From NCBI GenBank assembly GCA_963775465.1, contig CAVZIW010000013.1, positions 1-64,000 of the forward strand: a stretch of DNA of 64,000 bases, given 5' to 3'. Of the stretch, positions 10,145 through 20,029 are shown one piece after another. The notes beneath the pieces were generated by a model. The model did no database searches, was not told the origin of the DNA, and saw nothing but the letters and a program-made list of their open reading frames with translations. The DNA comes from Candidatus Bathyarchaeota archaeon. GTDB taxonomy: Archaea > Thermoproteota > Bathyarchaeia > Bathyarchaeales > Bathycorpusculaceae. The position numbers and the translations under genes were made by a program. How positions within the stretch are numbered: position 1 is the first letter of the stretch; every line of letters starts with the position of its first letter.

Positions 10145-11920
10145 ATGGCAAAATACCGTTGTACAGTCTGCAATTGGGTTTATGATGATGCAAAAGAAAA
10201 AGTCAAATTTTCTGATTTACCAAAAGAATGGGTTTGTCCTGTTTGTGGAGCACCTAAATCTGCATTTATTCTTCTGGCGGAAAAACAAGAGCAGCAAGTT
10301 ACTGCAGAGAAAAAGAAAAACGAAAGCACAGTTTCAGATGTATTAATTAACCAAATTGCAGCTTGGGGCGTTAAATATGTATTCGGCATACCCGGCACAT
10401 CTACATTAGGTATAGTGGACGCCATACGCAAGACCAACGGCAAAGTCAACTATTTTCAGGTTCGGCATGAAGAAACTGCAGCTTTCATGGCTTCCGCCTT
10501 TGGCAAATTGACTGGACATGTGGCGGTTTGTATAGGTATTTCTGGGCCTGGCGCAACCAACCTCGTAACTGGACTATACGATGCACAATTAGATCACGCG
10601 CCAGTTTTAGCTTTAACAGGCATGGTTCCCCGCAAAAAGATGGGGCAAGGAGCCATTCAAGAAATAGATCAACAAGCCTTCTTTGAGCCACTAACTGTTT
10701 TCAACAAAACTCTGATGACTGAAAGCCAAACCACTACGCTTGCAACTCTGGCAATAAAAACTGCATTGCTCGATCAGGGCGTAGCTCACATTGGGATTCC
10801 TAACGATGTCCAAAAGTTGCCCTACGAAACAGAATTATTGCCCTTTGAAGGAAGAATGCCAAATATGGCTTACGGTCAAGAGGATCAAGTGATTGAAAAA
10901 GCAGCAAAAATCATCGATCAAGCACAAAGACCTGTGATTTTAGCTGGGTTCGGATGCAGAGGACAAGGAACCAAACTACTCAAGTTAGCAGCAAAGATTG
11001 GAGCACCGATTATTGGGACTTTCCGAGCAAAAGGGGTAGTGGATGAACGTGAAGATCTGTATGTAGGGTGCCATGGAGGCGTTGGCTCAACAGCCGCTGG
11101 GGAATTAATGACAAAAGCAGATTTACTCATAGCTATTGGATCGTCGTTCTCAGATTTATCCCTAATTCCTCAGAAACGAACCATACAGATTGACATCAAC
11201 CCATTAATGATTGCTCGAAGATACCCTGTTGAGGTTAGTTTGCTTGGCAACAGCGCAGTATTGATTCCCAAAGTAACTGAGAAAGTTACGCAAAAAGATA
11301 ACGTGAATTACTTGGCAGAGATTACCCGACTAAAACAGGCATGGCTAAACCAACTTGGAAAAGAAGCCGACGCCAAGGCCAAACCCATCAGGGCACCATA
11401 CATCATGAAAGTCTTAACCGACAAACTTGCCGACAACGCAGTAATTTCACTCGACGTCGGTGAGAACTGCTGGTGGTTTGGCCGCAACTTCTTAATGAAG
11501 AAAACCCAAAGGATGGTTATGAGCGGTGGTCTGGCAACGATGGGTTTTGGTTTTCCAGGCGCTTTAGCAGCCGCCCTAGCTTATCCTGATCGACAAATCA
11601 TTTGCTTAACTGGCGATGGCGGCTTAACGATGGTTCTAGGCGACTTCTTGACAGCCCTAAAATACGGTCTAAAGGTAAAAGTGTTTGTCATCAACAACAA
11701 ACGTCTAGGTATGATTATGCAGGAACAGAAGGTAGAGGGCTACGAGGGCTGGCAAACTGAACTCCATGATTTCAGCTTCTCATCTTTCGCTGAACACGCA
11801 GGAGGCTTAGGCATCAAAGTCACAGAACCAACAGAACTAAACGAAGCAGTTGATAAAGCTCTCAAATCAGACAAACCCACAATCGTTGACATTGACACTG
11901 ATCCGAAAAGGTTCGTGTGA
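10145..11920 (+). CDS. Rubredoxin-fused TPP-dependent enzyme (pyruvate oxidase/PoxB-like)
   Basis: CTVC...WVCPVCG rubredoxin; [25 protein letters not shown]...NN. Confidence 0.88.
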   Translation: MAKYRCTVCNWVYDDAKEKVKFSDLPKEWVCPVCGAPKSAFILLAEKQEQQVTAEKKKNESTVSDVLINQIAAWGVKYVFGIPGTSTLGIVDAIRKTNGKVNYFQVRHEETAAFMASAFGKLTGHVAVCIGISGPGATNLVTGLYDAQLDHAPVLALTGMVPRKKMGQGAIQEIDQQAFFEPLTVFNKTLMTESQTTTLATLAIKTALLDQGVAHIGIPNDVQKLPYETELLPFEGRMPNMAYGQEDQVIEKAAKIIDQAQRPVILAGFGCRGQGTKLLKLAAKIGAPIIGTFRAKGVVDEREDLYVGCHGGVGSTAAGELMTKADLLIAIGSSFSDLSLIPQKRTIQIDINPLMIARRYPVEVSLLGNSAVLIPKVTEKVTQKDNVNYLAEITRLKQAWLNQLGKEADAKAKPIRAPYIMKVLTDKLADNAVISLDVGENCWWFGRNFLMKKTQRMVMSGGLATMGFGFPGALAAALAYPDRQIICLTGDGGLTMVLGDFLTALKYGLKVKVFVINNKRLGMIMQEQKVEGYEGWQTELHDFSFSSFAEHAGGLGIKVTEPTELNEAVDKALKSDKPTIVDIDTDPKRFV

Positions 11921-11929
11921 GGTGAAAAT

Positions 11930-12340
11930 ATGAGTGAAAAACAAGGTGTTACAGTAGCATTTGTGATTTCGCTTGTCGGCGGATTAATTATTCTTGCTTT
12001 TAGCCTAGTGAATTTGGTATGGTTTGGTTCTAATGCACCATCTTGGGGCGGCTTTGGCGACTACTGGAAGGGCATGATGAGCGGCTACCACGACTTTATG
12101 GGAAACTACGCAAGCTCCACCGGCTTTTTTACGGCAATTTCAATTGTAAGTTTTGTCTGCGGAGTAATCATTGTATTTAGTTCACTTGTACTTAGGATGC
12201 ACCCACGGGAACATTTACTTTGGGGAATAGTCATCGTGGTGTTTTCTGCAATCAGCTTCATAGGTATGGGCGGCTACTTCGTCGGCGCAGGCTTCGGCAT
12301 AATCGGGGGAGCCCTCGCCCTAACCTACAAACATAGCTAA
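11930..12340 (+). CDS. Small membrane protein
   Basis: GAGGTG RBS directly after the upstream stop; hydrophobic helices ending GIIGGALAL. Confidence 0.75.
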   Translation: MSEKQGVTVAFVISLVGGLIILAFSLVNLVWFGSNAPSWGGFGDYWKGMMSGYHDFMGNYASSTGFFTAISIVSFVCGVIIVFSSLVLRMHPREHLLWGIVIVVFSAISFIGMGGYFVGAGFGIIGGALALTYKHS

Positions 12341-12398
12341 ACACTGAAAAACCATACAACCTCTCAAAAATAGCCCCTTCCCTTAAATGAAACTAAAA

Positions 12399-12653
12399 TT
12401 AGAATTTATTCACGACAAATAACGTCTTTTCCGCAATTGACACACTAAACAGCAGATCGTCAACAGTTGCAGTGAACGTGGCGAGATTACCTTCCCACCC
12501 AATTTCGGTTACGACTTTATTGTTCTCTTGCATAGTTTTAACTTGCAATCCAACCGGAGCTTTGAAGTTGTCAGGCGAAACTGCTTTAGCAACTGCTTCA
12601 GCAGTCCGCTCATCCTTGTATTCAAGTATTAGAGTCGCCTGCAAGCGCCTCAC
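12399..12653 (-). CDS. pcc1: KEOPS complex subunit Pcc1
   Basis: AEAVAKAVSPDN, TFTATVDDLL; conserved position after the DHH gene. Confidence 0.85.
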   Translation of the reverse strand: MRRLQATLILEYKDERTAEAVAKAVSPDNFKAPVGLQVKTMQENNKVVTEIGWEGNLATFTATVDDLLFSVSIAEKTLFVVNKF

Positions 12654-14085
12654 CCTTCAACTGTCGACCAACTAATTCGTCTGCCGTTCTCACGAAAGCC
12701 TCAATCTTATCCAAAGGTACTTGCGCACCTGCAGCTATGTTATGTCCACCACCATTGCCACCATTAGCTGACGAAGCCAACCGCATAACAACACCCAAAT
12801 TGACACCTCTGCGCAAGGCCGCTTCCGTCGTTCGAGCGGAGAATTTAGCCGCGTTCTCTTCTTCAATGTTAGCAAAAGCTAAAAGCGGTTTCTCGTTGTT
12901 GGCAAGCGTGGAAACAATAATTGAAGAAACGGTGCCAATTATTTTTTCGTTGATGAAGTTCTCGCCGTAGATCACGTAAGTATTTTCAAATTCTCGCATG
13001 CGATCCGGTTTTTCACTAACCCAACTTAGATACTTGTTAATGTTTTTGCGGTAATCTTCCAATATTTTGCTGGATTCTTCTAAAGCTGCTTTGCGGTCAC
13101 CCATGCAAATCGCAATGCCCAAACTAGGTCGATCCATGCGGCCAGTCGAGTTGAGTAAAACTGAAAATTCTCTGCCATCACGCAGAGCGGTGTTTGGCGC
13201 TTCCTCAGTTAAAACATAGATGCAACCGATGAGATTATCGACTTCTACATGCAACCCCTTCGACAAAAGATGATCAGCCAACGCCGAACATAGACGTTTA
13301 CGTTCATCATCATTTAAATCAACTAAAGCCCGAAACTTTTCACCTTGCTTGAGCGGGATATTCAAATTTACAACAAAAGCCAAAGCTTTGTCTTCTTCAC
13401 CACTTAAACCCGGGATAAAAGGACTGGTTGTAGTCGCCAAAGTCCTATGAATTGCGCGTGTTTCCCTACCAAAAAAAGTCAGATCCTTCTCTACCCTGAG
13501 TAAACCAGCATCGACTGCATCAGTGGCAATTATCTCATTTAAGCCCTTGAGGCTACGCTGCTCATACTTGTCTTGCATGTCCCCAAGAGCACCCACCAAA
13601 GCAATCGGCGCTAAGTCCACATTTTCAGGGTTTAGAGCTTTTGCCGCAAAGTATGTTACACCTGAACCACTAACTTCAGTCGCACCATCAATGCCAAAAT
13701 TGTGAGGGTTGAGCTGCACGATGTTAGGGTTTAATGAGTCGCCGGTAATTTGATGGTGATCTAAGATTACGATTTTGCTATTCGAAATCTTCTCCGTCAA
13801 CAAATCGAGATATCCACTTCCAAAATCGCATAAAATAACCAAGTCAGGTTTTCCGCCGGAGACTTCAGCAACGATTTTGTCATCAACCCACTGCATAACC
13901 CGTATGCGGTAACGTGCACCAAGCCGAAATAACGCTTTCCCAATTACGCCAGCTGCAGCAACTCCATCCGCATCAAGATGAGAGAATACACTGATGAACC
14001 CATCCTTTTGGGCTACTTCTTGGATTGCTTTTGCAGCTACATTGGCCTGAGCTAAAAAGCTATCGATTGATGATTGCTGAGTCAT
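12622..14085 (-). CDS. DHH-family phosphoesterase (RecJ/Cdc45-like)
   Basis: SHLDADG, DFGSG, LDHH, GGGHNIAAGA. Confidence 0.92.
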   Translation of the reverse strand: MTQQSSIDSFLAQANVAAKAIQEVAQKDGFISVFSHLDADGVAAAGVIGKALFRLGARYRIRVMQWVDDKIVAEVSGGKPDLVILCDFGSGYLDLLTEKISNSKIVILDHHQITGDSLNPNIVQLNPHNFGIDGATEVSGSGVTYFAAKALNPENVDLAPIALVGALGDMQDKYEQRSLKGLNEIIATDAVDAGLLRVEKDLTFFGRETRAIHRTLATTTSPFIPGLSGEEDKALAFVVNLNIPLKQGEKFRALVDLNDDERKRLCSALADHLLSKGLHVEVDNLIGCIYVLTEEAPNTALRDGREFSVLLNSTGRMDRPSLGIAICMGDRKAALEESSKILEDYRKNINKYLSWVSEKPDRMREFENTYVIYGENFINEKIIGTVSSIIVSTLANNEKPLLAFANIEEENAAKFSARTTEAALRRGVNLGVVMRLASSANGGNGGGHNIAAGAQVPLDKIEAFVRTADELVGRQLKGEALAGDSNT

Positions 14086-14173
14086 GCAGTTCACTTCTTT
14101 GGCAAAGAATGAGCTGATTAGATTTAAATCTGGTGCATTAAAAACAAATTAAGAATTAGTGAGAAAGAATGGT

Positions 14174-14614
14174 TTAGGTTACAGAAGCTATTTTTGCTGC
14201 GTATTTGAATTTCCTATCAATTACGCCTTCTCGTTTGTAGTAGCGGCTTAGCTTGTGGATATGTGCCTCAATTTTTTGCATATTGCGTTTGTTGTGCAAA
14301 TCTTTCTTGTTTTTGTCCATGTGAACTGCTAATCCTTGTGCTTTCTTCATGAGGTTGGACAGATCTTCGGGCATACTTGGAGCTAAACCTGAAGCTTTGA
14401 GTGTATCGGTTATACTTCTCCCCGTGATTGGCTTAACCAATGGTATAGCGTATTGATCACGAAGGATAGTACCTATAATACTGGTTGAGTGACCTTCTTT
14501 AGATAATTTTATGATGAATGCTTCTACCTCTTCAGGCTGATATTTACACCAGCTTGGAGGGCGCCTGCTGACTGGACGAATGGAGTGGGATTTTCCTTTT
14601 TCTTGCTTTGGCAT
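14174..14614 (-). CDS. rps15: 30S ribosomal protein S15 (uS15)
   Basis: IGTILRDQYAIP, PEDLSNLMKKA, KDLHNKR; AGGTGG RBS. Confidence 0.95.
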   Translation of the reverse strand: MPKQEKGKSHSIRPVSRRPPSWCKYQPEEVEAFIIKLSKEGHSTSIIGTILRDQYAIPLVKPITGRSITDTLKASGLAPSMPEDLSNLMKKAQGLAVHMDKNKKDLHNKRNMQKIEAHIHKLSRYYKREGVIDRKFKYAAKIASVT

Positions 14615-14693
14615 CGTTCCACCTATTTGTGCACCTAAACCACACTTCACCAATATTTAAAAGTAATCCCCCACCGATGGAAAAGAAACGGTT

Positions 14694-15200
14694 TTACCAA
14701 CGCTTGCGCTTTGACCTTGTCGCAAATAACACAAAGAACCTTGCAACCAATCCAACTCCTGAAAGCACGATTAACCAAGACCAGAATTGGAACCAGCCCG
14801 CAACTGTTCCATCTAGTAGCAAAACGTTAGCAACAACTGCAGCGCCGACCCAAAAAATCAGATTTCCCAAAGTCTCGGCAACCCGTCTAATTGGAGAACG
14901 CAAAACCAACCGCACAGGAAGGATGATTATTTGGAGTATCGCAACAGCTAAAATGAAGCTCATAACTGCTGTAAAAAGTTCAATGTGGGCTGCTGGATTG
15001 GCAGGTGCAGGAACCATTACCGTAGAGCTTCCAAACGGATAAGATAACCAAGTAATATCGCTAAATAACGCGTCAGTTTTCTCCACAATGCCAGGAGTTG
15101 AAACGACAATTAAGCCTAAAATGATAAAGACGCCGCCTAAAGCAAGCGCGGTGATTAAACCTTCATAAATGTACTTGTTTTGACGATGATACTGATTCAT
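14694..15200 (-). CDS. Hypothetical membrane protein
   Basis: 168 aa, about four TM segments. Confidence 0.7.
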   Translation of the reverse strand: MNQYHRQNKYIYEGLITALALGGVFIILGLIVVSTPGIVEKTDALFSDITWLSYPFGSSTVMVPAPANPAAHIELFTAVMSFILAVAILQIIILPVRLVLRSPIRRVAETLGNLIFWVGAAVVANVLLLDGTVAGWFQFWSWLIVLSGVGLVARFFVLFATRSKRKRW

Positions 15201-15329
15201 TTATGGTTCCTTTCGCCTATTCTGCTTATGCAACCCTAACAATATAACACTTTGTTAGCTGTAACAGAAATAAATTGCTCATATAGGCAATGTGCAAAAA
15301 AAGAAGACCCAGAAAAACAGAGAAAAGAG

Positions 15330-15947
15330 TTATTGAGTTTTGTACCATTCCGCAAACTTATGAACAGCCATCGCTCGATGCGAGTAACAATTCTTTTCTT
15401 CGATGGCCATCTCCGCAAATGTCTTCAAACTACTATTCGGTTGGAAGATGGGATCAAAACCGAAACCCGACTTGCCCTGCTCTACCCGCTCTCTCTCAGT
15501 TATAATACCATTTGATTCTCCATAGAAAAATTCGGGCTTGTCTTGGTTGCTTTCATCGCAGTAAGCTATTACGGATTGAAATTGCGCTTTGCGATTTTTC
15601 TGATTTTCTAAAAGTCTTAAAATCCCACGGTTGTCTATGGTTTGATAAACGTAAGCAGCATAAGGTCCTGGAAAACCTTTCAAAACCTCAATAAACAAAC
15701 CAGCATCTTCCACAAAGATCGGCAAGCCGCTACATTTGTGGGCGTTCTGCACACTTATCTTGGCAATTTCCTTTAGGCTCTCACTTTGAATTTCATCGCC
15801 CTTCAGCTTAAGCGTGCCTACTGCGATACCGTAGCTACCAAGAATGCTCCGAGCTTCCTGGAATTTATGGATGTTACTTGTTGCAAAGAAAACTACTCTG
15901 CCTTTTAAGTTGAAGTCATTGTTTACGTTCTTCGACATAGCGGCCAC
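15330..15947 (-). CDS. rdgB: Non-canonical purine NTP pyrophosphatase (RdgB/HAM1)
   Basis: ATSNIHK, EDAGL, FPGPY, GFGFDPIF, SHRAMA. Confidence 0.95.
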   Translation of the reverse strand: MAAMSKNVNNDFNLKGRVVFFATSNIHKFQEARSILGSYGIAVGTLKLKGDEIQSESLKEIAKISVQNAHKCSGLPIFVEDAGLFIEVLKGFPGPYAAYVYQTIDNRGILRLLENQKNRKAQFQSVIAYCDESNQDKPEFFYGESNGIITERERVEQGKSGFGFDPIFQPNSSLKTFAEMAIEEKNCYSHRAMAVHKFAEWYKTQ

Positions 15948-16584
15948 GCCTCTCTATTTGTCTGATTTTCTCATAAACCTTTTCCGCCATCTCTAGACCT
16001 AAAACCGATCTATAACCACATAAAACACTTTGGAAACACTCTTCCCAGAATTGAAAATGAGTACTTTGAAGAGCACGTTTAAGCAAATGCAAATCTACCC
16101 CTTGAGTTTCCAACTCTGAGTTTTTTTCACCCAACCCGAAATCGAGGAAAACGACTTTGCCTTCAGGACTAAGTATCATATTTGAGGTTGTAAGGTCACC
16201 GTGGATTAAACCATACCTATGAAGTTGTGCAACGGAAATACCGATTCTCCTACAGAGTTCATGTCGTTCATGTTTGCCAGCAGCTTTAAGCAGATGTTTT
16301 ATCTGTTCACCTTCAATGTACTCCATAATAATCGTGGAGTGAGGCACACTAACCATGTAGATAAGCGGAGTTGTCACGCCAGCTGCTTTAGCTTCATGCA
16401 TCAGCTGCGGTTCGTGGATGGTTCGATAAATCCGAATTTGTTCATCCAAAGCAAGGGGGCGGTAACTTTTAGGCACGCGTACTTTCATTATCGCTTTTCG
16501 TCCATTCCACATTGTAAAAAGCAGACTGGCTTCAGCACCTTTCTTAAGAAGCACGGTTTGGTTAACCTTATCTACTGTATCCAC
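15916..16584 (-). CDS. bud32: KEOPS kinase Bud32
   Basis: KGAEA, HGDLTTSN, DFGL, RGRY; GTG start inferred from RBS. Confidence 0.93.
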   Translation of the reverse strand: MDTVDKVNQTVLLKKGAEASLLFTMWNGRKAIMKVRVPKSYRPLALDEQIRIYRTIHEPQLMHEAKAAGVTTPLIYMVSVPHSTIIMEYIEGEQIKHLLKAAGKHERHELCRRIGISVAQLHRYGLIHGDLTTSNMILSPEGKVVFLDFGLGEKNSELETQGVDLHLLKRALQSTHFQFWEECFQSVLCGYRSVLGLEMAEKVYEKIRQIERRGRYVEERKQ

Positions 16585-17612
16585 GGTACATCCACCTTGT
16601 CTACTCGCCAACGCAACTTAACGTAGCTCTCATCAATAGGAACAACTAACCCGTGCCTGAACGCTAAAACACCCGTCCAAGCAATCATAGCACCGTTATC
16701 TGTTGCGAATTGAAGGGGTACTACGCTAAATTTAGCATCGTGTTCCTCAGAAATAATGTTAAGCATAGCCTGCAAACGTTTGTTGGCTGCAACACCCCCT
16801 GTAAGCAAAACCTCTCGCTTCTCCGTATGCGCCAACGCACGCTCAGTAACTTCAGTCACCATCGAAAAAGCATGCTCCTGCAAACTGTAACACAAATCCT
16901 CCAACCGACACTCACCCTTCTGCAACAGGGCCGTCGCAGCGGTCAATAAACCACTAAGCGACAAATCCATACCCTTAACTACATACGGCAAAGAAACAAA
17001 CTTTTCACCCTCAAGGGCCAACTGCTCAATAGCGGCACCAAGGGGCAACCCCTTCTTATGCTTAAGCCCAGCTTCACGCGCAAAAACATCAAAGCAGTTA
17101 CCCAATGCTATGTCAAGCGTTTCACCAAAAACACGATACCGCCCTGATTCAAAAGCAGTCACCATAGTATTACCTCCCGAAACATACAAGGTGACAGGAT
17201 CCTGAACGCCTGTTTGAAGTTTACCTATTTCAATGTGAGCAACCGAATGATTAACTCCAACTAACGGAATTCCAAGGTATGATGAAATGACACGTGCAAC
17301 GGTTGCCCCCGTACGTAAACTCGGTCCTAAACCTGGTCCTTGAGAGAAAGCAACACATGAAAGCTCAGCAGGTTTGATTCCAGCTTCTTGAAGAGCCTCA
17401 TTTACCACTTTATCCGCCACTTCACCATGGTGTCTTGCTGCTTCTCGAGGATGAATCCCACCCTCAGTTGGAATGTAACTGTCTGATTTGTTAGCTAAAA
17501 TTTCTCCATTAAAGGTAGCTATGCCGACGCCAAAATCATCTGCTGAAGATTCAATGCCCAAGCAGAAACCGCCCAAGACTAGTTTTCTATCGTACTGCAT
17601 ATCAATCCACAC
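16572..17612 (-). CDS. kae1: tRNA t6A synthase Kae1
   Basis: GIESSAD, GGIHPREAA, VNHSVAHIE, VSGGNT, TDNGAMIA. Confidence 0.95.
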   Translation of the reverse strand: MWIDMQYDRKLVLGGFCLGIESSADDFGVGIATFNGEILANKSDSYIPTEGGIHPREAARHHGEVADKVVNEALQEAGIKPAELSCVAFSQGPGLGPSLRTGATVARVISSYLGIPLVGVNHSVAHIEIGKLQTGVQDPVTLYVSGGNTMVTAFESGRYRVFGETLDIALGNCFDVFAREAGLKHKKGLPLGAAIEQLALEGEKFVSLPYVVKGMDLSLSGLLTAATALLQKGECRLEDLCYSLQEHAFSMVTEVTERALAHTEKREVLLTGGVAANKRLQAMLNIISEEHDAKFSVVPLQFATDNGAMIAWTGVLAFRHGLVVPIDESYVKLRWRVDKVDVPWIQ

Positions 17613-17684
17613 TTCTTTGGGGATACATATTTTTATTTGGACCTAACGCTTATAATACTGTATTATCCCGGAATTGATATTAAC

Positions 17685-18113
17685 ATGCCAAAGCGTAACG
17701 ACCTTGAACAGAAAGCACTCCACTACGTGGTAAGCACTGGCTACCAAGGTGTCCTCCAATCAGATTTATGGCGAGAACTTGGCGCAAGCAGCCGCGAAGG
17801 AAGCCGAGTCTCCATTAAACTAGAAGAAAAAGGGCTCATAAGAAGAGAAAAAGAACTCCAAGAAGGCCGATGGACATACCGGCTATACCCTAAAAGGCTC
17901 CCAGCATCAATAGAAACAATCATCGACTGCCCATGCTTACTATGTCCTGACAACGCAAGATGCGACCCAACAACCGCCATTTCCCCAAAAAGCTGCCCAA
18001 GACTAACTGATTGGATCCTAAACTTGGGAAATGAAAATGCCCAACAACCTCCAAGCAATTCAGCAAATAGTTTAACAGAGGATGAACCCGTTGCCGAAAG
18101 CTTGGATACGTGA
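17685..18113 (+). CDS. TFE-beta / RPC34-like protein (wHTH + Fe-S Cys cluster)
   Basis: GVLQSDLWRELG...KGLIRRE wHTH, then CPCLLC-x5-C-x10-C..L.DW. Confidence 0.75.
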   Translation: MPKRNDLEQKALHYVVSTGYQGVLQSDLWRELGASSREGSRVSIKLEEKGLIRREKELQEGRWTYRLYPKRLPASIETIIDCPCLLCPDNARCDPTTAISPKSCPRLTDWILNLGNENAQQPPSNSANSLTEDEPVAESLDT

Positions 18114-18723
18114 AAGAAAAAAAGAGTATTACTATAAGAAAGCCAAAGAACAAAATTATCGAAGCCGATCCACTTATAAACTGGTACAAGCTAACGAAAA
18201 ATATGGCTTCATTAAACTGCGCGATGTAGTCGTCGATTTAGGCGCTGCCCCAGGCGGATGGATTCAAGCAGCAAGGAAGATGACGGGGAAAAACGGCTTT
18301 GTTTTAGGCGTAGACTTAAAACCGATTGATCCTTTCACACAAGAGTACATCCGAACAATCATCGCTGACTTTACTGAGCCTGGGATAGTAGAACAAATCT
18401 TATCTTTTCTACCTCGAAAACCAGACGTAGTACTCTGCGACGCCGCACCAAACATCACAGGTGTATGGGATGTAGACCACGCAAGACAAATTGACCTCGC
18501 AACTAAAGCCATGGAAATAGCACTAAAAGTACTAAAACCCAACGGAAAATTCTTTGTAAAAGTCTTTGAAGGTAACCTGCTAAAAGACTTCACCCAAACT
18601 ATGAAGGAGAACTTCGAAGAAGTGAAGCTAGTTAAGCCGCTAGCAAGTCGAGCAAAAAGCTCCGAAATGTACCTGTTAGCTTTAGGTCTAAAATCAAAAA
18701 TAGAGTCCGAAGAGCAAAGCTAA
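18091..18723 (+). CDS. rlmE: 23S rRNA 2'-O-methyltransferase RlmE/FtsJ
   Basis: YRSRSTYKL, DLGAAPGGW, DAAPNITG, SSEMY. Confidence 0.95.
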   Translation: MPKAWIRERKKEYYYKKAKEQNYRSRSTYKLVQANEKYGFIKLRDVVVDLGAAPGGWIQAARKMTGKNGFVLGVDLKPIDPFTQEYIRTIIADFTEPGIVEQILSFLPRKPDVVLCDAAPNITGVWDVDHARQIDLATKAMEIALKVLKPNGKFFVKVFEGNLLKDFTQTMKENFEEVKLVKPLASRAKSSEMYLLALGLKSKIESEEQS

Positions 18724-18747
18724 ATCTTTGAGACCTCTTCTAGTTGA

Positions 18748-19452
18748 GTGGTTTATACTTTGAGGATAATTTCAGCAGATTCAGCAGCTGCAATTCTTGA
18801 CGAACAGTTTAACGCAGTTACGCATGTTGCTTTAGTCTCAGTTCTAGTCGAACCACCATATAGAGAACCTGCTTCTAGGTTAGCTGAACCGATTTTCAGA
18901 CCAGTTGAACAGGGATTTGACCTGGTTTTGCACGAAGCAGAACTTTGCCAAAACCTATTAGAAAAGATAAAAGCAGACGTGATTCATCTAGATATTTCTC
19001 TTGGCGGAGTCTCTATAGAAGAGCTATCTCCAGTTGAACTCTTAAACCTACGCGCTTCAAGATTCGGAAGACAAAACATCCTCAAAATCCTGCCAAGGCT
19101 TCGAAAAGTTGCAAATGAAATTAAACGCCTCTACGGCATTGACATGCTTGCTATCGGAAAAGAAAGTGTGCCCGTACGCATTGCAGAATTAACAGCCGGA
19201 GCGGAAGCAATTTTATTTGCCTGCCAAGAGGTAGCAAATGAAAAAAAGACACTGATTTTAGGGTTACCTCTAAAATGTCAACCAACAGTCTTAAACAACA
19301 AAGTCTATTTGCGTTCACTCATAGAAGGCGAACACGATGTCAGAGGTTTTGGCATGGACACCAAAGACGTTTTAACAAAGGTTAAATTGACAGAAACCTT
19401 AAACCCTGTTGCAAGAGGATACCGAGCAATTAAAATCAAGCCAAAAATTTAA
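18748..19452 (+). CDS. Conserved archaeal protein (DUF4152-like)
   Basis: SADSAAAIL, VEPPY, DVIHLD, GKESVPVRIAEL. Confidence 0.75.
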   Translation: MVYTLRIISADSAAAILDEQFNAVTHVALVSVLVEPPYREPASRLAEPIFRPVEQGFDLVLHEAELCQNLLEKIKADVIHLDISLGGVSIEELSPVELLNLRASRFGRQNILKILPRLRKVANEIKRLYGIDMLAIGKESVPVRIAELTAGAEAILFACQEVANEKKTLILGLPLKCQPTVLNNKVYLRSLIEGEHDVRGFGMDTKDVLTKVKLTETLNPVARGYRAIKIKPKI

Positions 19453-19466
19453 TGATAGGTGGTTAC

Positions 19467-20018
19467 ATGAAGTTAAATTTGTCTTTTTGGAAAAATGCGT
19501 CACAAAGGAGAAAGAGGTTATACTCAATAACATTTGTCTTTTTGGTAGCTGTTTTAGTTACGGTCATAGGAAGCGCTATTCCTCTGAGTTCTTCTGACGC
19601 TTACACAATTAGCCAAAGTCTAAACGCAACGCTAAGTGAGAACCGCGCCAACAACACGTTAGCCCAGTACATTTTCATAAACAACTTTTCCATCTGCTTA
19701 CTAATGTTTATTCCCATAGCTGGAGCTGCGTTAGGAATGTTTATTCTTTTTAATACAGGAGTTGCACTTGGCGCCATAGCAGCAACACAAGGTTACCCAG
19801 TGTATGTTGGTTTAATAAGTCTAGTCGCAACACCTATTTTTTGGATAGAGTTTGTCGCTTATTCAATAGCAATGGCAGAGAGCATATGGCTATTTCGCAG
19901 ATTAACGCAGAAACGATGGCTCGAACTTAAATGGACTGCTTTATTTATTGGATCCTGCGCAGGTTTGCTAGCCATTGGTGCCGTCATAGAAGCATGGTTA
20001 ATAACGGTTTTAGGCTAG
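19467..20018 (+). CDS. Stage II sporulation M (DUF95)-like membrane protein
   Basis: IFINN, FNTG, IE...AVIEA motifs. Confidence 0.8.
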   Translation: MKLNLSFWKNASQRRKRLYSITFVFLVAVLVTVIGSAIPLSSSDAYTISQSLNATLSENRANNTLAQYIFINNFSICLLMFIPIAGAALGMFILFNTGVALGAIAATQGYPVYVGLISLVATPIFWIEFVAYSIAMAESIWLFRRLTQKRWLELKWTALFIGSCAGLLAIGAVIEAWLITVLG

Positions 20019-20029
20019 CCCCCTAAATG

